A stretch of DNA of 64,000 nucleotides from Octopus sinensis (taxonomy: Eukaryota). Shown piece after piece: positions 36,839 to 47,999 of the stretch. The translations under genes and the position numbers were made by a program. The notes under the pieces are model-generated. The model saw only the letters and a program-made list of their open reading frames with translations, ran no database searches and had not been told where the DNA came from. Numbering within the stretch: position 1 is the first letter of the stretch; each line of letters begins with the position of its first letter. The stretch is taken from NCBI RefSeq assembly GCF_006345805.1, contig NC_043021.1, forward strand, positions 26,040,001 through 26,104,000. Direction: 5' to 3'.

Positions 36839-39581
36839 ATAAAATCTGTACACCACATCAGTCTATACACACACACACACACTTAAAGTGAACCCCTCAA
36901 AGAGTACCCACTTCTTGATGCTCTAGAGTACCAGACTAAATCATCAGGGCTGGCTTTACCTCAACCAAAAGCTGAAAGGGAGACACACTACATACCAGAA
37001 AAGGACACACACACCATTAGGCCAGTCATAAACTTGAGGCACAACGATAACATTAATATGAAGAACAGCCTTGATTGGACTCGATGTTTCTTATTTCATG
37101 GCACATTAATCAAAGATTAAACTTTTACAATCTGAGAGCAGAAAATCAGTACAAAATGAGTAACGAATGAAAGAAAAAGTAAAGCTCTTAATACGTTGAT
37201 TCCGTTATATTTCTGGAGAATATATTATATTCCCCATGTAATCAATAGCTGCCGACCGTTGTCATCAAAGCACTACCTCATGTTACTATGGGACATTGTA
37301 GCTGGAGCAATATGAGCAAGCACAGCCATAGGATACCACAACTGGTCTGGGATAAATATAGAGAGTAGCCCTGTTTATTGAACACATACAAACATACATA
37401 TTGATGCAGGAATATTGGTGGGACATTCCTACTGGAACTGCTGCCAAATACAAACATAACAGACATGACATAGTTGTATGGAAACGAAAACAGAGTTCTA
37501 TACAGCCATAGAAATTGGCTGAGCTGCAGATGCAAACGGTTCTTTCAAAATCACACACATACGAACTATAATAATGGGACGCATGTTTTTGTAAATGTGA
37601 TACATCAAAATGAAGTATATATGTATATAATATAATATAAATAATATATAAAAATATATATCTATATCTATCTATCTATCTATATACATATATATATAAA
37701 TGTATATATATATGCATATAGGGTGGAGGACATCAAAAAAACATGAGCAAAATGAGAAACAATAACATAAAAAACAAAGACAAAGGAAACGAACTTTTTT
37801 CGAACACCAAAAGAAACAAATAGAGAAACGAAACAGGCAACATAAAGAACATTCCCTTCATCAGTTGTCCCCTGTTTTATCTACTCTGCGTTTTGAAGGT
37901 AAGGACATATGTATATATTATTCACTTAGAGGTGAATCCTGATGTTCTGGTGATCTAATGAGCTGGCTTTCTTTATCGGCATTAATTTGTGAATATACAA
38001 TTGTATTGTATAATGCATAGCATGCTTATTAGAGCAGACATGTAAACATCATTTATTGTACACCTGAAATCATTATTACATAAAGAAGATAATGAAACGA
38101 CTGTAACCCAAGGGATGACAGGTAGTCGAATAAATATATTCCCCTCTCAAGGCAGATATTCTATGACTAGATGCCCTTCTTATTTCCATTCTTCACTTGT
38201 TTCTAAGCAAGATGATAATTTTCCCACTGCCAGACATGTTTGCAGATATTGGAAACGAAGAACACAGCTTGGATGACAGTGACACTCATTTACAACTATC
38301 AGCTATTGTCAAAACAAAGAGACACACACAAACACACACACATACGTCTATGTCAGGCTTCCATACAGTTTCCATCTGCCAAATCCACTTACAAGTAATT
38401 GGTCAGCCTGGGGCTATAGCAGAAGTCATTTGCCCTAGATATTATGTAGTGGGACTGAATCCGGAACCACATGGAAGGGGTGCAAACCTCTGACCCCACA
38501 ATCTTGCTCCAATATACAAAGATATACACATGCTGGAATGATTTTGATAGTGACTTCAAAGTTTAGGCAATGCTCCAGCATGGCTGCAGTCTAATGACTG
38601 AAGCAAGTAAATGGAGACAAAAGAAAGCTTAACGCCAACCACTTTGCAGTGTGCTGCAGGTGCTCTGTTCGTGCCACTGGCACCAGTGCCATCATTATGC
38701 GGCTCACAAGAGTACAAAACCCAAGAGAGGGAGAGAGAGAGAGAGAGTGTGTGTGTGTGTAATTGGCTTTAAGCTAGAGAACAGGTTAGAGTAGGAGGGA
38801 GGAGGTTGGGGGAAGAGCAGGTTGTTGTTGTTGTAGAGAAGCTTCATGGAAATACGCATTTAGAAAGAGAGGGTGAGAAAGATCGACAGGAGATGCAGAG
38901 AGATTAAATATATATATAAGGTGGTGTTGAGGTGTCCAGGAGGATCCTCAAGGCAGGAGTAGAAGTGAATAGAGGGAAGAGGAGTGTGTATGGGTGGGAG
39001 TTTACATGTAGTATATGAGGAGGGAGAGACAAGAGATGGGGAAATGGAATAAAAGAGGAAACTGTGCTCAACAATAAAAACTCAGATTTTATATATATAT
39101 ATATACATTTATGTATTTGTTTTGTAAGATTACTGATGTGAAATCGTGTGTTGAAACGTATTTTGGGGAGGTCGTTTTTTTTCTTTTGTCAAATAGATAC
39201 ACGCACTGTATATTCTTTCTTCCCTCGTTCATTATTGTTCTTATTTTATTATGTCCAGATAATGGACATAGGATAAAATAAAAGCAACAATAAAAGAGTG
39301 AAGAACGAATATACGGTGCATGTATTTATTTGGCAAAAGTAAAAAGAAAAAAAATGACCATCCCAAAATATAACAATATATATAAAAACACAGATTATAC
39401 ACATATATATATATATAAATGTATCATACGCTAATATCGAACAGAATGAGTGCTTAACATTTCCAGGTGGCATGCTTGAACAATTGTAAAGATATCTTCA
39501 CATGAAACCATTGGTTGCCTTGTTAACCTACAAATAAAATATTCATGTGAGTGTGTGTGTGTGTATATATATATCATGGAT

Positions 39582-40041
39582 ACTGGTGTCCTCTCGTCTT
39601 GCTGATTTCCCTCTTTCAGCCTTCTTCCGGTGTCTCACGTTGAACTCGGTCGTCTTATCAGAACTTCAAACCTACCCTTCTATTTGCTCCCAAGAAGATA
39701 CATTGATCTCGTTCTGCTCTCTGTATTTCATGAAATTTTTTGCTAGGGGCATAGTGTAATGGATAAAGACATTGGTTAATACAGTGTAGTCACAAACAGG
39801 TGCTGAGTTCAATCCCAGGCAAGGCACCAAGGTAATTCACAAAAAAAAAGAAAAAGAAGAAAAATCAAATCAAGTAAAAAAATGTCACAAAACACAAACA
39901 GCAGAATGAAAAGGGGATAGCCCCGAGAATCAAATAAAGGGTCAGATTCAAAATACTGATACAAGAACAAAGTTCAACACAAGACACCTGAAGAACGCTG
40001 AAGACAGTGAAATCCTCAATGAAAATGAGGAGGACACCAGT
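39582..40041. other. Foldback element: diverged inverted arms of about 165 bp enclosing a tRNA-like segment and an A-rich tract
   Basis: 39582-39744 aligns with the reverse complement of about 39870-40041 (shared blocks actggtgtcct, ttcagc.ttcttc.ggtgtct, gttgaact, tatcag, tatttg, ttctgct). Confidence 0.75.
39746..39829 (+). other. tRNA-like / SINE-head segment with Pol III A and B boxes
   Basis: A box TAGTGTAATGG, B box GTTCAATCC; the cloverleaf does not close properly. Confidence 0.6.
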
Positions 40042-40886
40042 CAAAGTAAACAGGAGACATCATCATTTAATGTCTGCTTTCCATGCTGGCATGGGTTGGC
40101 CGGTTTGACAGGAGCTGGCCAGGCAGAGGACTGCACTAGACGTCTGTGTCTGTTTTGGCATGGTTTTTGCAGCTGGAGGCCCTTCCTAACACCAGCCACC
40201 CAACAGAGTGGGCTAAAAATTGCTAACAGACTCCAGAGGGATGGTAGCAATCTTTAGTCCACTCTGCAGGGAGGTTGGCGTGTTAGGAGACAATATAAAT
40301 CCCACATTTCACAAATATAGAATTGTATGTATGTATGTGTGTATCTTTATATGTATGTGTGTGAATGCATCAAATCACCATGAGACAGACAGAATTCAAT
40401 GAGGCAGATTTTTTTACAGCCGGGATGCTCTTCCTGTCACCAACACTTACCTGTTTCCAGGCCAGACATTTTACATGATATGACAGAAATTCTCATTTGC
40501 TACTTATTGTGCCATGCCAAGAGGAGACGCTAACACCCACCCAAACACACATATATACACATACATGCACATTATATATACACACAACACACACGCAAAA
40601 CAGGCTTTTGGTTTTCCTCTACAAAATCCACTTGTAAGGCTTTGGTTGATCAAGAACTAAAGGCCCTTGCTCAAGGTTCTGCACTGTGGGACTGAACCGC
40701 AAACTTCTTAATCACATCCTTGAGTTTCAAAAATTCTTCTTTTACAAAAGTCTCTTACTCATAAACTGGATGTGATGTTTTCAAACCCAAGTTACACCCT
40801 TTCCATTTAGCCATTGGTAGTGACTCCTACAACAGGAAACCATTCAGTAACTTGAATTGGCTGCTATGAAATTAGATTAACAAATT

Positions 40887-41061
40887 TATAATACTATATT
40901 ATGGTATATATGGTATAATATATGGTATATATAATGGTATATATAATATATGGTATATATAATGGTATATATAATGGTATATATAATGGTATATATAATG
41001 GTATATATATATGGTATATATAATACTATATTATGGTATATATGGTATAATACTATATTAT
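40887..41061. repeat. AT-rich tandem array with recurring ATGGTA core at the LINE 5' junction
   Basis: 12 ATGGTA copies separated by variable (TA)n/AAT spacers, plus the junction itself. Confidence 0.9.
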
Positions 41062-42345
41062 GGTAAGGCAGCTGCAGGAGAAATACCTAGCCAAAGATAA
41101 GCCCCTGTACCTGGCTTTTGTTGACATGGAGAAAGCCTTCGACAGGGTCCCCCGATCCCTTATCTGGTGGGCAATGAGGACACTAGGGATAGATGAATGG
41201 TTAGTGAGAGCTGTGCGGGCCATGTACAGGGACGCCGCTAGTAGGGTGAGGGTTGGAAATGTGTACAGTGAAGAATTCCGGGTAGAGGTAGGAGTCCACC
41301 AAGGCTCAGTACTCAGCCCCCTCCTATTTATCATAGTCCTCCAGGCAATAACGGAGGAATTCAAGACAGGATGCCCTTGGGAGCTCCTCTATGCTGATGA
41401 CCTGCTCTAATTGCTGAGTCGCTATCAGAACTGGAGGAGAAGTTTCAGGTGTGGAAACAAGGATTAGAATCGAAGGGCCTCAGAGTCAATCTAGCTAAAA
41501 CCAAAGTCGTAATCAGTAGGAAGGTAGACAAATCACAAACACCTTCAGGTAGATGGCCCTGCTCGATCTGTAGAAAAGGTGTAGGTAGAAACTCTATAAG
41601 ATGCACCAAGTGTAAGCTATGGACACATAAGAGATGCAGCAATGTCAAAGGAAGGCTAACTAGGAAGATGGTTTTTGTATGTGGCAGATGCTCAGGAACA
41701 ATAAACACTGAAAATGCTCTGAGACCAACTTCCGTCACTTTCCAGGGAGAAAAACTAGAAATAGTTGATAGTTTCCGTTATCTAGGTGACCAAGTCAGCA
41801 GCGGGGGCGGGTGTGCTGAAAGTGTAACTGCTAGAGTAAGAATAGCTTGGGCAAAGTTCAGAGAGCTCTTACCTCTGCTGGTGACAAAAGGCCTCTCGCA
41901 CAGAGTGAAAGGCAGACTGTATGATGCGTGTGTACGAACAGCCATGCTACATGGCAGTGAAACATGGGCTGTGACTGCTGAGGATATGCGTAAGCTCGCT
42001 AGAAATGAAGCCAGTATGCTCCGATGGATGTGTAATGCCGGTACTCACACTCGGCAGAGTGTAAGTACCTTGAGAGAAAAGCTGGACCTAAGAAGCATCA
42101 GTTGTGGTGTGCAAGAGAGACGTTTGCGCTGGTATGGTCATGTGGCGAGAATGGATGAAGATAGTTGTGTGAAAAAGTGCCACACCCTAGCGGTTGAGGG
42201 AACCTGTGGAAGAGGCAGACCCAGGAAAACCTGGGACGAGGTGGTGAAGCACGACCTTCGAACTTTAGGTCTCACTGAGGAAATGACTAGAGACCGAGAC
42301 CTCTGGAAGTGTGCTGTGCGCGAGAAGACCCGGCAGGACAAGTGA
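41062..42345 (+). pseudogene. RTE reverse transcriptase ORF (partial), one frameshift just after YADD, contains a PHD-type C4HC3 finger
   Basis: Two ORF-track segments (41060-41410 and 41449-42345) join if one base is restored in gac ct(t) gct cta att. No other lesions seen. Confidence 0.9.
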
Positions 42346-42949
42346 GTCCATAACCTGTGGCCTTCTACATGGGATGGAGCCAGCCTACGTATGCATACCT
42401 TCCCTTCTTGGGACACAAAACTCTACTTGTGAAGACGTGATGAGGCAAGTGAGGATCAGAATCGAAATCGATCAATGGAGAGGCAAGTGAGGATCAGAAT
42501 CGAAATCGATCAATGGAAATTGCGGATGTGCTACCAGTGCCGGTGGCATGTCAAAACTCTGCTTGTGAAGACCCGTTGAGGCAAGTGACGATCAGAATCG
42601 AAATCGATCAATGGAAATCGATCAATGGAAATTGCAGATGTGTTACCAGTGCCGGTGGCATGTAAGAGAACTTTCCGTTTCGCGACCGTTGCCAGCCTCG
42701 CCTGGCCCTCGTGCCGGTGGCACATAAAAAGCACCATCCGTTCGCCAGCTCTGTCTGGCACCAGTGCGGGTGGCACGTAAAAAGCACCCACTACACTCAC
42801 GGAGTGGTTGGCGTTAGGAAGAGCATCCAGCCGTAGAAACACTGCCAGATTTGACTGGGCCTGATGAAGCCTTCTGGCTTCACAGACCCCAGTAGAACCG
42901 TCCAACCCATGCTAGCATGGAAAACGGACGCTAAACGATGATGATGATG
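41062..42949 (+). mobile_element. Young 5'-truncated RTE-clade LINE (RT, about 600-bp 3' UTR, (GAT)n tail)
   Basis: RT motifs FVDMEKAFD, GVHQGSVLSP, YADD, YLG, RRLRWYGHV, RGRPRKTW. Tail GATGATGATGA. Candidate 7-bp TSD ATATTAT at 41055-41061 and 42950-42956. Confidence 0.96.
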
Positions 42950-45050
42950 ATATTATATATATATATACATCAGGGCTTACAGATATACATATTGACCCAC
43001 CCACACACACATGTTTTTTTATCCATACAAATGTGTATAAATATACACACGAGTGTGCGTGTGTGAGTTCCGAAAACGCTGCAATCAACTCTAACCATCG
43101 ATCTCCAATCCCTCACAGCCGGGAGGGACGAAAGACACCAACAGTTTGATCTGATCGTATTGAAAGAACCTTGGAGTTTCGCGTACGGCACGTGGTCTAA
43201 CATCGTCACGATGTAGTAGTAGTAGCAGCAGCAGCAGCAGATTGCATACACACACATTACATGCATGTACTCAGGCATATATTTCAAACACACACACACA
43301 TACATTACATGCATTGACACATTCATTTATGGCATCAACACGTACACAGATACCTATATACATTACAGATATACACATACTACATACATTCACACATTAT
43401 TTATATCACACACACACACAAGTTGTAAGCCATAAACGATATCCAAATATTTGCTGTTTATTAAATTAAACATGGAATCTCATGGATTTAATTAACATTT
43501 TTGTAATTTATTACGAATCATCTTTTTTTTATATATTTAATAATGATAATAATAATAATTATTATTATTATTAATAATATAGCTTTTAGTGTGGGCAGCC
43601 ACTGACCGTTGGACCCGCTTTGCCAACCCAGGTCCCTAATCATGGTTAGTGTGTGTGTGTGTGTGTGTATATATGAAAATGTGTGTGTTTATACTAGACT
43701 AATACGGATGTGTTGTGTATATATTGCTTACGCAGTCAAAATGTATACAAGACTCAATAAATATATCTACGTTATATAAAGTAACGATGCGGCTCAGTGG
43801 TGTATACAGAGTAGTGTGTGTGTGTGCTGCGTGTTAGATTGTACATTCAGCGTATATATTAATGAAAATGCTCGTGTTTTTCCGTGTGCTGTGGTGGTCG
43901 ATGATGGTATATTTTGAAATGATGAAAGATAGTGGTGTGTGTGTATATATGTATGTATCTATACATGTTACGTGTGTATATAGATGGTGGGCGGTGTAAA
44001 CATACATATGCGCCAACGTATATATGTATGTGTGTATATGTATATACATGTTCAACCGTGAATGTGAGTAAATATATATATCCATGTATATGGTGGTAGC
44101 ACGGTAGCATCACCATCACTCTACGCCAGACCGGAACTAGTGAATCTACTATAAAAGGCGTTCCAAGCGTGATCATCCAATTTTCTTGTCTATGACAGTT
44201 CTAATGTGTCCTTCCTTTTAAAAAAAAACTAAAACAACACGGAATTTGGCTGTCATATCTAGCGTGCTGATTGACTACGAAGTCTGGTTCGTGATGTCTA
44301 AGACAATTTCAGGCAGGGCCCTCATGATGCCTTTAAGCCGGACCCTAAACAAAAGCGCGCACGCACACACTTTACAATTAACCCTCTAATTAATTAGGAG
44401 GAAATATAAGGAAAAAGCTTTAAATATCATTCGATAGTGGGGAACCCTTTATTGGGAGTATGATGGATAAAAGGCGAGTTAAACGAACCCCGGAAATGTT
44501 GGGGTTTTAAATGAATGAACCCTTAAAAGGTTTTTACTCGCCGAAGCTGAGGCGATCGGGGAAAAGAACACGTTTTAAAAGTACAGTTTGCTCAATTGGA
44601 AATTTCTTATTATTGATAAATATCGATAAACTGCCTGATTCAATGTCGAGAGGAAAAATAATAATAATAATAATAATATTTTTATGGGAATTGGTTTTTT
44701 TCTCTTTTTTTTATAAATTAATTCCCGTCGCCCCCCGTTTTGTTTTGTTTTTTCTTCTTTCTTTTATTTTGAAATATTTTCTGTAAAGCAGAGATTCCAC
44801 ATCTCAGGATTATACACCTCCATTAACAGTTGTCAATTTATATACACCAACAAAATACATATTTTTTTTTTTCGAAATACGAGAGAAAGAGGAATATTTA
44901 CAACATCTGCAAATCAAATCAAATTTGTCTAAAAAAAAGTCTCCTGGTTGCTTTTATTATTATTTTTTTTTATGTTTTCAAATTGAAACTTCAAGTTTGC
45001 GTGTGTGTGTGTGTGTATATGCGTGTGTTCATATGCATGCCTGTTATATA

Positions 45051-45060
<10 letters not shown>

Positions 45061-45107
<47 letters not shown>

Positions 45108-45112
45108 TGTAT

Positions 45113-45166
<54 letters not shown>
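45061..45166. repeat. (TA)n followed by (GATA)n
   Basis: Directly visible. Confidence 0.98.
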
Positions 45167-45167
<1 letters not shown>

Positions 45168-45358
45168 TTATACAGATACATTATACATACAGACATACAC
45201 ATAAAATACAAAGATGTGTAGATATATAAATTATATAAGTGGAAGGGGTGTATGTGTGTGTGTATATATATATATACGCACACATTTTGGTTGTGTGTGC
45301 CAATGCATGCGTGTGTGTGTGTGTGTGTGTGTGTAGAACATAAACAAAAATGACAAAC

Positions 45359-45962
45359 CTGTAGTTGGTGTGGGTGAGACTGGCGCACGTGACTGTGAAG
45401 GGCAACAGGCCCCTGGCTGAGAGGAGGGGCCGTTGTCAGGGAGTAGTACCGTTGTTGTAGGAGCCATCCCTAAGACGGGTGACGGGGAAGTTGTCGACCC
45501 GACACAGCTTGGGGGGCCCGGCGGCGATGGCGTGGTGGAAGATGTACAAGACGACGACGACGAAGTCGACGATGAGAGAGAGATGCTGCTGAAGTTGTTG
45601 TTGTTGTTGCTGCTGCTGTTAATGCCGGTGGTGATGGAGTTAGTGGTTGTGGTGGTAGCGGTAATAGCAGCACCGTTGTAACTACTGGTGGCGGCGGCGG
45701 CGGTGGTGGTGCTGTGGTTGGATGAAGAAGAAGAGATGAGTGGAGAAGAGTCGATCTGCTGCTGCTGCTGTTGGAGATGATGCTGATGATGATGATGGTG
45801 ATGATGTGGATGATGGTGATGGTGATGATGACGATGATGATGTTGGTGTGTAGCAGTAGTCGATACTACAGAAGGAGAAACGGAATGAGGAGCAGTCGAC
45901 GATGAACACCGCAGTGGGAGGGAGCAGTGAGTTGGAGGGCGAACGGCGGCGGAGGTGGTACC

Positions 45963-45993
<31 letters not shown>

Positions 45994-46382
45994 CTAGTAG
46001 TAGTACCATCACTACCATCACCACCTTCATTACTAGCAGTAGTAATAATAGCAGTACTAGTTATACTAACAGCAGTGGTGGGCATTGTCGGGTTCTCACT
46101 GTCTAAACCGTTGATACCATTAGCAACGGGGTTCGAACCCGCCTTACAAGGTATGGCAAGAGTGGATCCAGTGACAATGTCAGTGGCCACTGTTGGCTCT
46201 CCAAGTATCTGCTGCTGCTGTTCATTTTCTTCGTAATGGTGATTACCATTATTACTGTTATTATTGTTATTAACATTAATATTGTTGTTGTTGTTGTGTT
46301 GATAGTGGTGATGGTGATGGTGATGTTGCGGTGTCGATGGTAAAACGCTGACCAAGCCCCCTGCACTCTTCTTGTGTTCCAT
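45359..46382 (-). CDS. Eip78C: E78-type nuclear receptor, first coding exon (341-aa low-complexity A/B domain)
   Basis: Long ORF MEHKKSAGG...SPTPTT. ATG in strong context (gggtATGG) with an in-frame TGA at 46424-46422. Upstream acceptor ttgcag| at 46435-46434; donor AG|GTTTGT at 45358. Ends in phase 1 (G), which joins the phase-1 start (AA) of the 10755 exon to give GAA. The link across 34.6 kb is inferred from strand and phase only. Confidence 0.75.
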
Positions 46383-47999
46383 ACCCGTATCCAGAGAAGT
46401 TGTAAGCCGGCTGTCCGTCCGTCAGCAGTTTAACTGCAACGATAGCAAAAAAGATAGCAACCATGGAAGATAAACAATTGGCAACTTGTGAATGACAAAA
46501 ACAACGATAGCAACAATGACAATATCAACAACACACACACAATGACCACACTACACCCTCCCACATACATTGAAAACAATAGCAACAGCGGCCTTCGATG
46601 TAAAAAGAAAAAATGGTCAGAACATCGATAGCAACATTGAATATCATAGCTGTTGCTAAAAAGAGCTGTCATCTGCAATTGCAACATTAACTATAAACCG
46701 TGAAAATAGCGTTTGGAGCTCGTACTCGCAACAATGGCTGTAGCTGAGTTTAGCAAAAATTTGTGGAGAACCACGTTAACATTAATCGTATTACATGAGT
46801 GTTTCATGGCTGAAGAAGTGACATCTCCATATATTCCCCACTGATGGGAATAGAGATAAGAGAGACGGAGCCAACAGGGGGGGGGGGGGGCTCTCTACGA
46901 TGTTATTAAATACCAGCCACGGCTCCCTCGAGTTACAACCATCTTATTTGACGACGATAGATCGAATTAATGTAAGGCCGTTGAAAGATAATTGTTGTAA
47001 AAAGTCTGAATTGTCAAGGCTTGGAAGAAGAAATGTCTTTCATTGATCATAAGGCTGTACATGCTGAACCGACCTGGGGTTAAACAACAACAACAGAAAT
47101 AAGACCGGAGATGACAAGGGATGGAAATTTATGTTGTTAAATGTGAAGATTTAAAAAAAAAAGAACAACAGAAGCAGAAAGAACAACAAAATAAAAACTG
47201 GGAAAAACAAAAGATGAAAATAACATTGGAGATGACTATATTTTAAAATGATTTCATTCAATTTTAATTTCTTCTTTCAGGAGTTTTTTTTTTATGGTGG
47301 GGAGGGCCTGAAGGGAAGACAGCTCCCCACCCACAGAATTTTGCTTGAGAAGTGAGTGAAATATTGACAACAAAATGGCTCCATCTAAAGGCATACAATA
47401 CACACACACATGTATGTGTATGTGTGCACACGCATATATATGTATGCATGTATATATGTGTGTGTGTGTGTGTGTTGGCACAATCCCCTGACTTGTCAAC
47501 TCTTGTCAAGCCATCTAACCCATGCCAGCATGGAAAATGGACGTTAAATATATATATATATATATTTATAACTGTTTTGGCATGGTTTCCACAGCTGGAT
47601 GTCCTTCCTAATGTGAACCACTTTACAGAGTGTAGTGGGTGTCTTTTTACACGGCATATATATATATATGTGTGTGTGTATAAATATATTGTTGTTGGCA
47701 TCCTTTTTGTCTCGGGAGAAAATGGAGTTGTGCATAAAATAGTCTAGTCCAGCTTTTACATATCATATATATACATATATATATATCCAAACCATATGGA
47801 AGTTGGATGTTAAGGACTGATGATGATGATATATATAGTTCAAATGAGGATATACAATCTAGAGTATGATGTAATGGTGACTGGCTGACAAAGGCCCATG
47901 GCCCAGAGTCGTGGGTTCAATTTCTGAACCAGGAGGCCCATAATGTCCTTGAGCAAGATACTTCATTTCACACAGCTCCTGTCTACTAACTCAGCTGGA

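Noticed and set aside
39746-39829. Functional tRNA gene (TAA anticodon)
   Set aside because: Acceptor and T stems pair poorly, the anticodon arm is out of register, and the 3' end resembles SINE heads.
42861-42882. CTGATGA-A-GCC-TTCT-GGC in the RTE 3' UTR, hammerhead-like
   Set aside because: No GAAA follows, and other copies read cctggtgcagcc, so it is a chance variant.
46276-46464. Overlapping minus-strand ORF across the E78 start
   Set aside because: It begins in the intron upstream of the acceptor; no evidence of translation.
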